Assembly (NCBI GenBank): GCA_009914755.4
Contig: CP086569.2
Coordinates: 20,608,001 to 20,672,000, forward strand
Reading direction: 5' to 3'
Origin: the human T2T-CHM13v2.0 reference genome, Homo sapiens
DNA: 64,000 nt
Positions 33,261 through 56,396 of this stretch are shown piece by piece. A program made the translations under genes and the position numbers. The first letter of the stretch is position 1, and every line of letters begins with the position of its first letter. Below the pieces are notes generated by a model that saw nothing but the letters and a program-made list of their open reading frames with translations, was not told the origin of the DNA and searched no databases.

Positions 33261-33901
33261 GCTCAAAACAGAAGTCTGTTTGAGAACAAAATTTCTGGAA
33301 ACATCATTTACATAAAGGAAAGGCAAACAAAAATTATCAAAACAGGGTGAGATTAGCTAAAGAGTAAGGAGGAAGGTAGGAATTTTTGTCTTTTTTTTTT
33401 TCTTGTAGTGCAGACTTAAATATGTAAGACATTATAAAAATCTTCCAAGTGAGATGTAGAAAGAATAAAAGAAGATGTAAACATACAAGGGACAAAAGTA
33501 AAAGAAGATAATAGAAAACTGTCACTACTATATGAAATGTGATGATTTGAGAGTCTGGAGGAATTTGCCAAAAACAAATAAACAGCTCTTTAACATAATT
33601 TATATTGGATCACATTATCTCCTATATTAAGCTGTAAAAGTTCAGAAAATGCTAATAGAGTTGAAAAACAGAGTATAGTTTGGTGAAAAGTTCTATCTAA
33701 AAAGACATAAAAATTTTGCTTTTGACTTTAGCTATCTTGAAAACATTTCCTCCCATTTCTAGCCACCCGTCTCTTCAGATAAAAGGGCTCATAAATAAGA
33801 AGAAAGAAGGAAGAAAAAAAGAAAAGTATGATGAATTCATTTTAGGTTCAATATAATCTTGACGGTTCAAAGTAGAATATTACAAAATCATGAGTCCTTA
33901 C

Positions 33902-34047
33902 AAACTGGGCACTGCTGTGATTCTTTCGAAGTTGCATGGTTGTCTTAGTGCAGGGCTCTAGGCTCAAGTGCTGCTTGAGCAATGTTGATGACACGTTCCC
34001 ACCTCCACTTTGCTCATCCTTCACCGTAACAGTTGGGGGGCATGTGA
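33902..34047 (-). CDS. KDM5D: KDM5D coding exon 7 (V-TCPPTVTVKDEQSGGGNVSSTLLKQHLSLEPCTKTTMQLRKNHSSAQF)
   Basis: Acceptor tccctag|TCACATGCC; donor TTT|gtaagg; 146 nt (2+144). It matches the minus ORF 33848..34066. The last codon Phe begins the FIDSYICQV epitope. Confidence 0.85.
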
Positions 34048-34170
34048 CTAGGGAAGTAAAAAACAACTATGAAACCAATCCTCTCCTGCATCAAGATTAC
34101 CAAACTATTTCTCCCATGAAACTTTACTATTTTACCCCTCACACTTCCCCAATCTGTTAAAGTTCCTCAC

Positions 34171-34300
34171 CTTTCTTATGCACAGTCTTATCCTTATCCT
34201 TAGCCATAAGGCCCAAGCCCATCATTTTGGGACCTGGCCCATATATCTGTAACTTCTTTAGCTCTGGATGCTTCTCAATGTCCTCCTCTGTAGGCTCTGG
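34171..34300 (-). CDS. KDM5D: KDM5D coding exon 6 ([43 protein letters not shown] + 1 nt)
   Basis: Acceptor aaacag|CCAGAGCCT; donor AAG AAA G|gtgagg; 130 nt, ending in phase 1. Confidence 0.85.
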
Positions 34301-36376
34301 CTGTTTTAAAAAAGATTCAAACAACGAAGTTAGCTTTACTTATGCAGGTATAAATACTTTATAGGCAAGGTCTGGACAAGTCAGATGGGCTAAAATCAAC
34401 TAACATCCTTTATCCATTTTTGAATGTTTATTAACCACATTTTTACTGTGAGTGTGGTATGGCCAGGTAGGAGCAAATGGATAAATTTGGAAAGTAATGA
34501 ATTTCCTCAACTTTTTTCATGTTATGAAAAAAATGACAAAATAATCCAAGGCTTCCAAGGCTAGTGAAGCTTAAATGTCAGAAATTTATACCTTACAACA
34601 GAGAATTTTGTAATTAAAAATAAGCCCCCCTCTCCAACTGAGTTCAAGATGGAAACAGTTAAGACAGGAAAAATTCTATTCCATTTAAACTCATATCATT
34701 AGAATCATAACTGCTTTCAGACCACAATATAATCACAAACCTGGGAAAATGGAAACTCATTAAGTATCAAAATACAAATCATATGCCACATATATTATAT
34801 ACCATTTTCAGCACTTGTCTCTTCTTAGAGGACACTGTAAAATATATTTTATCATTGTTTAAAATAATTTGTTATATTTTGAAATTAAGCTCTATTACAT
34901 TTTCCGTTTATTTTAAAGCTTTATTCTTACAAATTTTCTATACAGAGGTAAGTTTTCTTCTATTTACATATATAAACATACATGTATACACAGAGAGACA
35001 CAGTAACATATTTTATGCTTTTTTTTTATTCCCACGGCAATTTCTGGAAGCAGAAACGTATATTGCATTACGTCTATGAGAATACATTGCTTATTATAAT
35101 ACTATTCCAGCAATCATTTAACTAACTTTTTAATTATACAACATTGAGGCTGTTTCCCACTTTTTGACATTCTGAAGAGCTAAGTAACTAACTGTATTAA
35201 TCTAATTTTTATTTTATATACCTTATATGGTTTTGACATTTCTGGGGTACCTTGTGGGCTAGGGAGACCAGCTCTTTCAGAGCTGGCTAAACTAAACTAT
35301 ACCTTTACCATATAAACCAAACAATCCCGAGTCCAAACCTCTAACTATTTCCTTTATTTAACTATCATATAGAACCAGTATTTCCCCTTCTGTAAACCAA
35401 CTCAGAGCCATGTACCAAAAACCTACCGGCATCCACTATGCCTCACAGATCCCTGGAATTATTCTAACAAACTAGCCAATTCTGACATTTGATTGCCCTG
35501 CCTTGCCTGTCTCACAGAAATACCAATAAAGGCTGTGACCTGTGCCTTTCACCTTACCTTTTACCTCCTGACTGATTACTGTGGCTCTGTGGGGTATGTT
35601 GTACATCTCATTTGGAAATAAACAGTCAGCAACACTAAACTTTTAGCATTGACCTCTCCATCTCACCATTACTGAATCATGTCTATAAATTAAGACTCGG
35701 GCACAAATCATTAGTACCTATGTACTTGCTGCATTATTCTTCTCAAAAGACAATTAACAGAAGTTAAGCAGGAGGATGTAAACATTTAAAATTTTAGTAA
35801 CTTCAAATTTTAATTTTAATACAACCCTTCACTACTACAAAGAGTGCACACAATGCCTAGTTCCTCATATCCTTGACACATTTTGGCCATTTCCTAACCA
35901 GTTATGTGAAAGGGATATGTGGTTACTTCATATTTTCAATGTATAAGTGAGGTTAAACACTTTTGATTTATTATTCATCAGGGTTGCTGGAAAAGGAAAC
36001 CTGAAAATAAGCTATGATAAAAAAGAAAAGATTCAATCAGTTTCGTGCTTCTACAACTTTTAAGCACAATATATAATTTTATACACAAAATATTGTATTA
36101 TGTACATTATAGATTTTACATTAATGTTACATAGGTTGTTTCTAACCATTAAATACTTTTTAAAAGAGCTGGTATTTGCTTGTTTTAGAATAAAGTAATA
36201 CCATACTACTCTACATTTCGGACAGTCTACTACCCATTCTTGAATTACAAACACACATAAAATAGAAAAGATGTGTTAGTCCTTATTTCTCCTTTCTTGC
36301 TTTATGCAGAATTTGTAACTTTTTTTTTCTTTATATTTTGGAAGTACTGTCGATTTTTGTACACTGTACAGTTTTA

Positions 36377-36673
<297 letters not shown>

Positions 36674-38041
36674 CAACAATTTTTAAAACCTTTCCTGCAA
36701 AATGGACAATGAACTCTCCCTGCCAAAAAAGTGTCTAAGGATCCATTTTATCTGGAAAAATGTTTAGACCTTTTACTGGTATTTACAACTTGAAACAAAT
36801 TTTACTGGTTTCCTAGTTATTACATGTTCATTTTTCTTATTCAGTTTCTTCCAGACATAATTCTTACTATAAAGAACTAAAGTACTAATACAGAATCCAT
36901 CTGCATTTCAATAATCTTAACTAGATAAAATTTCTCACTTTGGTCTAATTTCTAATATTACAATATCTCAAAATTTAAATATTGTTAGAATTATCCAGAA
37001 AACACCTAAAGATAACACAGCATTGCCTTATTTAAGGTATTTCAGAAATAAAAACATCCAAATCTTATGAAAATGTTGCATATGGAGCAGTGAAAACACA
37101 CTTATATAAAAGTTATTAAAAATATATTGTTTGTATTTTCATTTTCTGAATATTATGATGTTTTAACATCTTAAATCTTTCTGGTTATGACAGATTGTCC
37201 TCCCAGGGTTAGCTACTCCTACAAATACCAAATGGCTCACCCAGGAGTATGACTTTAATGTGTCTTTAATATGTTCACTGACAAATCCAAAGCTAATCCT
37301 TATCTATTCAGCCCATACAATTCATGAGGCAAAGTTCCTCTGCTTTAATTCTAGGGTCAGGCAACTAGGGAATACTGCTGTAGCCTAGAGCCTGCCAAAA
37401 TTATTCAAACTAGCCAATCCCATACTTCTTATCCTGCTCTGTCTTGCCTTTCCCTTGGTAAACCCAATATAGGCTATGGCCTAGGTGCTTTTCTTATTCC
37501 TGCTTCTTCTGCATATCCAAGATAGGTTTTCCTCTCTAGCACTGTGTAGCATATAGTGACTACCTCTCTAAGGCCTGTGATAATAATAAACTTTGCTTTC
37601 CTGAGTCTCTGTGGTCACACCTACTGACCATCACATGGAAGACCATAGAATAGAACAAACAGTTAACAATAACTGATTTGTACAGTGTGCTTTGCAAAAA
37701 TCGTTCCAAGATTCACAGAAATTAACAATACCTTATAACCGGGCATGATGGCTAACCTCTGTAACCCCAGCTACTCCAAAGGCTGTAGAGGGAGAATCAC
37801 TTAAGCCTAGGAGTTCGAGAATAGCCTAGCAACACAGCAAGACCCCATCACTTAAAACAATAGCAATATGTTTTAAAATTTATAAAAGCAAAACTACAAA
37901 GACAAAATATTATAAACCAGACCTATGAACAAAATAATTAATAATTCATTTCAATTAATTTTATCCTGAACCAGACATATGTAAAACAATGCATTCAGCA
38001 ATGAATTTTCCCCAATATCAAGGTCTAGATGAACCTTCTCA

Positions 38042-38212
<171 letters not shown>

Positions 38213-38544
38213 CTAGAGAGAAAAAAATATATAGAATCAGAAATTGAGTCATATTTGTAATAAGTGATTCCTTCATTTACAACTCTAGCAAATAAAGCTG
38301 TAGTTCTTTCTAAATTACACAGGTCCACTCCTCTTGTTCTTTGGATAGAGCACATATCCTGACAATTTTCGTGCCTCTGCTTATGAATGAGCATCACAGA
38401 ATATGAAAGAACATGGTCTTTGGACTGTATTGATATCAATCTGGGTTTTTACTCTTATTCTCTGTGTGCTTTCAGCAAACATACTGAACTTCTCTCTTTG
38501 TGCTTCAATTTCCTGGATGAAAAACAAGTAATAAAAATACTCAA

Positions 38545-39110
38545 TCTGGGTGTGGTGGCTTAAGCCTATAATTCCAGAACTTTGGGAGGTCGAGGCAGGT
38601 GGATCATGGGGTCAAGAGATCAAGACCATTCTGGCCAAATGGTGAAACCCTGTCTCGGTAAAATACAAAAGTTAGTAGAGCCTGGGTGACAGAGTGAGAC
38701 TGTCTCAAAAAACAAAACAAAACAAAAATACTGAATCTTTAGAATTATGTACGCTAAGTGAAACATGTTTATAAACATAAATACACAGTTTTTATAAAAT
38801 ATTTTAAAGTTTTACGGATAATAAAACCTAAAAACTGGCCAGTCGTGGTGGCTCATGCCTGTAATCCCAACACTTTGGAAGGCTGAGTCAGGTAGATCAC
38901 GAGGTCAAAGGATCGAGACTATCCTGGCCAACATGGTGAAACCCCATCTCTACGAAAAATACAAAAATGAGTGGGCATAGTCACGCGCCTGTAGCCCCAG
39001 CTACTCAGGAGGCTGAGGCAGGAGAATCACTTCAATCCAGGAGGTGGAGGCCGCCTGGCCAGAGTGATAAGCTGCCTCAAAAACAAAACAAACAAACAAA
39101 CAAACAAAAA
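38545..39110 (+). mobile_element. Two tandemly placed + orientation Alus in the exon-4/exon-5 intron (partial Alu at 38545-38715; full Alu at 38837-39110 with (caaa)n tail)
   Basis: tgggtgtggtggcttaagcctataattccagaactttgggaggtcgaggcagg… and ggccagtcgtggtggctcatgcctgtaatcccaacactttggaaggc…. Confidence 0.85.
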
Positions 39111-39252
39111 CAATTAACTTATTATGTAAAATTACCCTGCTAAATCAGTTTCCACACCCTGAGTTAAACCCAAGTCACACCAAGCTTTTAACCTAAACTA
39201 TCTTCAAGTGAACCAGCCTCATGAAAGCTTAGGAACACCATTATCTTTTTCA

Positions 39253-39563
<311 letters not shown>

Positions 39564-39867
39564 TTAAAATAGGAAATGGTTTCCTCTAACTTCTAGTTTA
39601 AGATCTTCTCCATAAAAAGATCTTAGTAAACATCAACCTCATAAGATAGAAAGGTTACTCTAGTTCTTACTTATGTATAGCAGGAATAAAACTATGCCAC
39701 ATAAAGAGGCTGCAAAGTATTTTCTAGGGCCAATTCCTGGAACATCTTCACTCTAGAGATTTAGAATCTATAGACCCTGACTACTCAAGAGAAAAGTCCA
39801 ATCCAAAGAAAAAATACAAAAGAAAACAAAATCACATCAGGCCACAAACCAGTTTAAGGGCCCTCAC

Positions 39868-40038
39868 CACATGGTTGGCTCCAGACTGAAACATTTCATA
39901 GGGGTAAATAATGCGTTCGTAATGTGATCGTAGCAGGGAGCCAATGTTTTTGCCTGGTGGGTAGTGGAGACGCTGGGCAACTCGAGCCCACCGACGATCC
40001 TTGCAGATGGCTTCATAGCCACCTTCCTCAATCACAAT
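39868..40038 (-). CDS. KDM5D: KDM5D coding exon 4 ([61 protein letters not shown] core), a symmetric 171-nt exon
   Basis: Acceptor tttcag|ATTGTGATT; donor GTG|gtgagg; 171 nt, phase 0 to phase 0. It matches the minus ORF 39832..40146. Confidence 0.88.
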
Positions 40039-40173
40039 CTGAAAGTATAAGAAACAATATGGATGAACTGTGAACAGACTGGAAAGGGCTACCAACACAA
40101 CAATGAGACTTGAATATGGGGGGCTGTGCCCTTCCCCCAACACCAATCATTGCAAGACTCAAAGATTACGTCA

Positions 40174-40455
<282 letters not shown>

Positions 40456-41092
40456 TCATCGAGTATGCAGTAAATGAACAAGTATTATTCTATGCTATCT
40501 ACACTTCTCCACCAACGTGCCGGAGCCCCAGCTTCACTGTCTTATCTCACCAGCGGGGTCCACAAAAAGCTCAAATAAGCTGAGTCTTTAATCTATAAAG
40601 AGCTAAGAATGTGCCGTCTTAGGATCAACATCATGTCTAAATTTAAGGAATTATTCTTGGACTTAAAGGTGGCTTGACCAAAAATATGTAGGCTCCAACA
40701 GTATTTAGACTCAATATCATCAAGACACTCATTTAGAATGTACTGATATATAATTCAAAGAATTAAAATATTTTTCTAGTTCATGTAAAAGAGCTGGACA
40801 CAAAACCAGTTTCTGAATCACTGCTTTCTTACTCTAACTCATACACAGCTTCTAGCTACTGATCATAGTCAAAATCCTAAGAGTAAAAGAAAATGACAAA
40901 TCATTCATATACTTTCTATATTGAATACTAAACTGTGAAGACTGAGTTGACTGCTTTAAAGAGCAAGTTTGCCTCTGACATTTTATTAAAGCAGAACATA
41001 TGTAATACCATCACTCTGTTGCTGGATATTTAAAAGATCCTATTTCTTGTCTGAACTCTGCTTCTGTTAAAGAACTAAAAAAAATTTAGTCA

Positions 41093-41460
<368 letters not shown>

Positions 41461-41711
41461 CTATTGAACAGCGAAACAATGCATCATTCTTCCTCAGATA
41501 TTTAAAGCCTTTGTGTTCTACCATTTTTGTGGACATAAATTATGTATTTTATAGAAGACTTTCTCCAAAATCAGTATTCTGGAAAATGGTGGAGTTCGGG
41601 TTCAAATTCAATACATTAGATTTCAAAACTTAAGTTCTACATTATTATGAAACTACAACGGCAAGATTAAAGATCAGATTCCTTTAAAAAAAGTGTGCCT
41701 CCCAATCTTAC

Positions 41712-41789
41712 CTCCAGTTCATTTAGCCTTTGGACGCGAGGAGTAAATCTGAAATTGTCAACTTCTACTGCAAAAGGAGGCTGCCAATC
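41712..41789 (-). CDS. KDM5D: KDM5D coding exon 2 ([26 protein letters not shown])
   Basis: Acceptor ...tcctag then GATTGGCAG...; donor GAG|gtaag. The exon is 78 nt, phase 0 to phase 0, and continues JmjN. Confidence 0.88.
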
Positions 41790-42879
41790 CTAGAAGAAAG
41801 TGTAAGGACCTGGTAACTATGGCACAGTAAAGGATGAAGATAGTGAAAACCACAATCATTTGTTCCCACTCTTTTAAAGTCTTCTGGTAACCATTTTTGT
41901 ACACAAGGGCCTCAAATGATTCCTTCTTCATAATCAAGATTAACTGCAAAAAAAAAAAAAAAAGGAAAAACCCTGCAAATCCAAAACTCTCCTTGATATG
42001 TGTCCTTCGTAACAGACGAAAAAAAAAAAAAAAACCTCTATAATCCCAAGGCTAGAAAGCGACTCGACTTCCAAGGAATGACGCACATCTGAACAAACAC
42101 TATGCTATTTGGGTTATGAGTCCTTACTAAAATGAAGATAAATGTAATGCAGATAAAAAATTGTTTCACTTTTTAAAACCTAAGCCATTATCTCTTCCCA
42201 CTCCCAGCAGTACGAAAAAGTTTAATTGCAAATGCTGAGAAGTGCGAACATCCACATAAAAATAACGTTGCAGCCTGGTTCAATATATGAGAAAAAAGCT
42301 GTATGCTCTGCGAAAACTTTTTGACTTCTCTGAATATTGTGTTAGTTGTTCACGACGACAGCCCAGGCTTATTTCAGTTTACATTCTTAATTCAGTCAAA
42401 CTTCTACGAGGTTCATTTAGTAGTTTTCAGTATAGCAACCCAAAATGGTCTACGTTTAATAATAAATTTAATTGATGGCAAAGGATGCCACATCACTCCC
42501 ATTATTTGCTATATTTGCTACATACATCTAAGGTCATATCAAAGAAAGAAAACACCAGTCCAAGTGGTTAACACACAAGCTTATATAACTTGCTTCTGTC
42601 ATAGATCAAGTACTTCTGAGTAAGCTATTTTTTTGCGGTTAAATGTAATAAAAGCTTGTGTATGCCTAAACTATATTTAATAACAGCAGAACGTAGAAAT
42701 ATTTGAATCTTATATTTTTGTCCCTACAGCAGTCAGATGTTTAGAACCCCGTGGAATGTGGCGATCTGATACTAATATTCTGATGCCAGCTTGTTCGGGT
42801 CAGAAAAGTTAAATGAGAAATTTGGTGCTAAGGGTTTCTGGTCATGAGTGTAAATAACGCCTCGCCAAGTGGTAAACTG

Positions 42880-43700
<821 letters not shown>

Positions 43701-44199
43701 CAGCTCGAGAACGTTCCTGTCACAAGACGTTTAGGAGGCAGGATGCCGGTACAATGTATTTATGTTCTTGTAAACTGTTGCATTAACAGTGCACTTCAAG
43801 TGGGCACATTTGTCGTTGGATTTTTTACCAACTCGAGCTTGGACTTTAGGACGGGGAAAAGAAGTGCTAAATGTTTTTGAATAAAACCTTTACTGCACAT
43901 GATAAACATCCCTTAAAAATTACCTAGGAGCACCCTAAATTTTAAAATGATCACAAAGACCTGGACAGATTACAGTAAACCTTCAACATCGCTAAACACA
44001 CGTACCATAAATCAAAAGAAACACACTGCTAATGATCCGTTTTTTGATGTGGAAATATCATGCTGTTTTTAAGGGAAATTATACTTTATTGCGATGTTTT
44101 ATTTCAAAACAAGATGTTACACTTTATTTCCTATAATTTTATTTACAATATTTTACACCCGTTAAGCAAAAATCCCCCTACATTGCTATTCTGTTTTTT

Positions 44200-46110
44200 T
44201 TTAATCAGTTCACTACTGTAGTATCTTTTTGTTCTCCATATATTTTTGAAAAATACGCAAAAGGTAAGTTTTAAAAATCAAATGGTAGATTTTATTTGGA
44301 AGGGCACTGCCAGAAGTGCCTTAAAGTTTGATAGTTTGACAATTGTTTCGTATTGTACGATTCTTGGCATTTCCGTTTTTTTTTTTAACAATTTATCCAT
44401 TTCATCTAGATTATCGGCTTCATGAGTTTATTATACTACATTACATATATATTCCTGTTTCAAAAGTTGTTACTTAATTTTCTGCTTTCTTTTTCCTAGT
44501 TTTATCTACATACTTTTTCTGTTTCATAAAGTTAGAGTTATAGAGTTCTATTTCATAAAATTAGTTATAGAGCCTGTATTATTTCAAATGATGAGATCTT
44601 TTTTCTCTGTTCAAGATAATTCATTATAATACAGCTTTATATTTTATGAATTCATTAGTAAATAGATATTTCAATTTCTACTTTTAGCTATTATAATGTT
44701 GCTATTAGCATTTGTGTACCGGTTTTTGTGTGCATGCTTAGTGTCATTTCTCGTGTGTATACACCTACAAGTAGAATTAGTGGGTTATATGGGAACTTTA
44801 GGTTTAAACTTTTCTTTTCCAAAGCATCTTCATCATTTAATTTCCATCTAAAGTGGAATACCGTTCTAGTTTCTTCATGTCCTCACCAATACTATAATTA
44901 CATGACTTACTGATTTGACCATTACAATGTGTATGAGATCTCATAGAGTTTTGAGTTGGACTTCTTGAATTACTAATGATACAGTAGTGTTGAGCATCTT
45001 TTCGTAAGGTTGTTGGCTTGTTCATATGCTTTATATACCTTCTCTGGAGAAATGTCTATTCAAAATTTTTGGCTCTTTTCACATTGGTTTGTCTTTTTTT
45101 GTTTAGTTGTAATCTTATCTGATTCTTTTATCAAATATTTGATTTTTATAAAAAATAATTCTGTAAGCTGGCTTTTCTCTTTCCTAATAGTAAACTTTGA
45201 ACAGAAAGATTTTTAATTTGATCTTTATCCAGTTTGCTTTTTTCTATTGTCACTTGTACTTTCAGTGTTGCCTCTGAGGGGATTTTGTCTAACCCAAAAT
45301 CACAAGGATGTACTCTTCTCCTCTATTCTAGGACCTTTATAGTATTAGCTTCTACATTAAAGTCTTTGATACATTTTGAGTTAACTTGTGTAAACACTGT
45401 GAAGTAATGATCCAACTCAATATTTTTGCGTGTTGCCATCTAGTTGTCCCAGAATTTGTTGGAAACATTATTATTGCTTCATTAATTGTTCTTGGCACTC
45501 TTGATAACATTCCGTTGGCCATAAATGTATGGGTTTATTCTTGGACTCTCAATTTCGTTCCATATTTATATGTATGTATATATTCTAATGCCATATTGTT
45601 TTTATTGCTGTAGTTTGTGGAAGGTTTGAATTGGGAAAAGTGAGTAATCCCAACTTTCTTCTTGTTTTTTTCGAGACTGTTTGGCTATTATTTGTTTCTT
45701 GTATTTTTATTACCTTGCCTGTTTCTACAGAGAAACAAGCTGGGGTTTCAACAGACAAGCAAGCTGGGACTGAGACAGAAATGTTGAATCTACAGACAAA
45801 TTTAGGAAATATTTCCATCTAAGTTTCCTATACATGGACAAAGCATGTATTTCAATTTATTTAGGTCTTCTTTGGTTTCCTGCAACAAAGTTTTATAGTT
45901 TTTGGTATTTTTTGTATATTAGTATTTAGTATGTATTATATATATTTGAAATTAATTTACTTCAGATTATCTTATTCTATTTCTGCTACTATGAATCAAA
46001 TTTTTAAAAGATTTCCCCTATTAAGGGTTTGTTAGTGATACACAGAAATATGATTAATTTTTGTATGTTGATCTTGTGTTCTGGCACCTTGCTAACTTCA
46101 TTTATTGTAA
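44200..46110 (-). mobile_element. Old L1 (L1M/L1P-like) ORF2-3' fragment, minus orientation, immediately upstream of the KDM5D promoter region
   Basis: The minus-strand ORF 44837..45025 resembles the L1 ORF2 C-terminus (…RKDAQHYCIISNSRS…), and the + strand shows the characteristic antisense-L1 reading. The element is AT-rich and decayed. Confidence 0.55.
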
Positions 46111-46114
46111 TACA

Positions 46115-52655
<6,541 letters not shown>

Positions 52656-53250
52656 TGGCTGACTGAATAGGAACATTTGGCCTGACCTCAAAAGAATTTT
52701 TGGTTATTTCTTGTCTTCTGCTAACTTTTGGGTTCATTCACTGTCGGTTATCTAGTTCCTTTAGTTATGAAGTTAGGGTGTTAACCTGACAACCTTCTTT
52801 TTTTTTTTTTTAAAGTGGGCATTTATGCTATAAATTTCCCTGTTAATACTGCCTTTGCTGCATCCGAAAGATTCTGGCACATTGTAGGTTTGTTGTCATG
52901 AGTTTCAAATAATTTTTTGATTTCTGCCTTAATTTCATTATTTACCCAAAAGTCATGCAGAAGCAGGCCATCCAATGTCTATGCAAATTGTATGGCTTTG
53001 AGTGAATTTTTTAGTCTTGAGTTCTAATTTGATTGTGCTGTGGTCTAACAGACTGTTTATTTCCAGTTGTTTTGAATTTGCTAACGAGTGTTTTATTTCT
53101 AATTATTTTATCAATTTTAGATGAAGTGCTATGTGACAATGAGAAGAATGTATATTCTGTTGTGTTTTGATGCAGAGTTCTGCAGAACTTATCAGGTTGG
53201 ACTCTGTGAAGCCTGCAGGCCAGAATTGCTAAGGTGACAAAAAAGCAAAA
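52656..53250 (-). mobile_element. Older L1 ORF2 fragment (minus orientation) into which the full-length L1 inserted
   Basis: Antisense-L1 reading (…ctataaatttccctgttaatactgcctttgctgcatccgaaagattctgg…), parallel to but more diverged than the homologous region of the younger L1 at about 49650-49760. Confidence 0.6.
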
Positions 53251-54285
53251 AAAAAGTCAACTTCTCCTCTCTCTAGGAAGTCTGTCCCAGGAAGTTTTCA
53301 AACCTCTCTTGGCCAGAGAACATCAGTGGGAGTGATTGGAGGCCCTGGATGGGAAGTCCCGCCAAGTAAGGAGGAACACATAGGAACTTGCTTAAAGAAT
53401 AATTCTGCCCATGCTTTCATAGAGATAATGTGCTGTACTAGGGTACTGTCTGCCCCTGCATGGTTTGGACTTTGCTAAGACAACAGGCTGGAATGGCTGA
53501 GTTTTCCAAACAGCAAAGACCATGGCCCACCCCTCCCCTAGGCACTCCATCCAGGGAGAAATTAAAACTGCTGGAGAATATAGGTGGGGGTGGCTAGAGG
53601 CCCCAGTTGGGAGGCCCCTCCCCAGAGATAAGAAGCAGATTGATGTCCCACTTAAAGAAGCAGTCTAGCCACATTTTGGTAGAGCAGCTGTGGTGTGCCA
53701 GGGAGTCCCTTTCATCCCCTGGTCAGTTTTGTTTGCGCTCTCCTAAACCTGCAGGCTGGAACAGCTGAGCCATCCAAACAGCAAGGATGACAACCTTCCC
53801 TTTCTCCTAAGAACTCTGCCCCATTCAAGCTTGGCCCAACACTGTTGCCAGGGGCTGGCTGGAATTCCAAGCTGGTGAGTCTTATCCTATGAGGTGCCAT
53901 GAAAGTGGGGCCCACAGAAGGATGCTGCTCAGCTTCCTGGATTCAGCTCTCTTCCTAAGGTTATGTACAAAAATCTTATCTCTCACTTTGCCTGAGTTGC
54001 AGCTACCTTTGCTGGTGATCCTGGACCCAAAGTGTGCCAGCCTCTCCTGATACTCTGTGTGTACCTGAGCAGCTATTCTGCCAAGACTTCACACAGCTCT
54101 GTGCATGAAACCCAAGGCCTTAGTGAAGTGGGATCATGAGGGGATCTCCTAACTGGAGTGTTAAAAGATCCTTAGGAGAAACATTGAGTATTATTTCCCA
54201 GGGTGTACATTCGCTCACCACTTCCCTGTGTTAGGGGAGGTTCACTTGGCCACTTGTTACTCATGTTGTTGTTATTGTTTAAGTA
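53250..54285. repeat. Unclassified interspersed repeat or old L1 5'-region-like sequence with an internal ~70-bp imperfect tandem duplication (…caggctggaatggctgagttttccaaacagcaaagaccatgg… / …caggctggaacagctgagccatccaaacagcaaggatgacaacc…)
   Basis: The duplicated motif is visible at about 53470-53540 and about 53740-53810. The segment is flanked on both sides by antisense L1 ORF sequence. Confidence 0.3.
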
Positions 54286-56195
54286 TTTATTTAGATGATC
54301 CATTAGATGATCCATTAAATGCCCAAAGTGGGGTTTTGAAGTCGACAATTATTATTGTGTTGGGGTCTATCTCTCTCGTTAGCTTAATAATCTTTTCTTT
54401 GTAAATCTTGATTCTCCAGCATTGGGTGCATGTAAATTTAAAATTGTTATATCTTTTTGCTGAATTGATCCCCTTATCATCATTTAATGGCCTCATTTTT
54501 GTCTCGAAATCTATTTTACCTGATATAAGTATAGCTACTGCTCCTCTATTTTGGTTTCCGTTGGCACATATTTGTGTCCTTATAAGGTGAGGTAAATTCT
54601 CTTGTAGACAGCATGTAGTTGTCTTCCCTTTTCATTTATTCACCTACTCTACATCTTTTGGTTAAAAAATTTAGTTTATTTACATTCATTATTATAGATG
54701 AGCAGGGACTTACTACTGACGTTTATTTGTATTTTTTTATTAGTCATTTTTTTCTTCATGTCGTTTTATACAAGTGACTTTTTTTTCTGCTTCTAGGGTT
54801 TAATTTCTTTATTTTTATATATTGTGTATCAATTATAGGTTTTGTATATGTGCTTACTAGTTTGCTTACATATAACATGTTATAACCAATTATTTTAAAT
54901 AAAAACAACTATAATCAAAATTTTAAAACATAGAAAAGTAAAAATCTCTACACTTTATATTCTCCTCTGTTTTATGTCTTTTGGTTGTCTTGTCTTTGTA
55001 TATTATCTGTCTCTTAAATGATGTAATTATCAGTTTTAACATATTGCTTCTTTAGTCTTTCTACTAAAGATATGAGTGGTTTGGACAACACGATTGTAAC
55101 ATTACAGTATTTTCTACTTGTGTATTTACTAGTAACATTGAGTTTTATAACTTCAGATGACTTGTTGCTCATTTCTGTTTTTTACTTTTCAGATTTCAAA
55201 CATTTAGGTTCAAGGGATGCAGATGCAGGTTTGTTACATGGATAAACTGCAAGTTGTGTAGATTTGGTGCACAGATTATCTTGTTACCCAAATAATGAGC
55301 ACAGTATGCTGTAAGCAGTTTTCTTTGCTCAGCCTCTTCTGGCCCTCCACCCTGAAGTAGATCCTGTGTCCATTATTGTCTTATTTCCATGTGTACTCAG
55401 TTTTAAGCTTATACATGTAAGTGAGAACATGCTATTTGGTTCTCTCTTCCTGTGTTAATTTGCTTAGGATAATGCCTTCCAGCTGCATCCATGTTGCTGC
55501 AAAGGACATAATTTTATTCTTTTTTTATGCTGTCTGGTATTCCATTGTGCATATATTTATTTTTATGTATGTACTTTTTAAATTCAGCTTACTGTTAATG
55601 GACACCTGGGTTAATTTCATGTCTTTGCTAGTACAAATAGTGCAGTAATGAACATATGTGTATATGTATTTCTATCATAGAATAATTTCCATTTCTTTGA
55701 GTATATGCTGAGCAGTGGGATTGCTGGGTCAAAGTTAGTTTTGTTCTAAGTTACTTGGGAAATCGTCAAACAAATTTCCACAATGCCTAAAGTAATTTAC
55801 ATAATCAGTAGCGGTGTATAAATGTTCCTTTTTCTCCACAACCTTGCCAGTATCTGTTATTTCTTGGTATTTTAGTAATAGCCATTCTGACTTGTGTGAG
55901 ATTACCTCTCGTTGTGTTTTGATTTGTAATTCTCTAATAACTAATGATGTTGAACATTTTTATATGCTGGTTGGCTGCATGTATGTATTATTTATAGAAG
56001 TGTCTGTATATGTCCTTTGCCCATTTTTAATGGGATTGTTTTCTGTGAGTTAATTTCTTTTTTTTTTCTTTTTTTTTTTTTTTTCTTTTGAGATGGGGTG
56101 TCACTCTCGTTGCCCAAGCTGGAGTGCAATGGCGTGATCTTGGCTCACCACAGCCTCCACCTCCTGGGTTCCTCCTGCCTCAGCCTCCCGAGTAG

Positions 56196-56396
<201 letters not shown>

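Noticed and set aside
41941-42040. Poly-A/T runs at 41941-41960 and 42020-42037 as remnants of a retrotransposed element in the exon-1/exon-2 intron
   Set aside because: No adjacent Alu or L1 body could be recognised. They are treated as simple A-runs.
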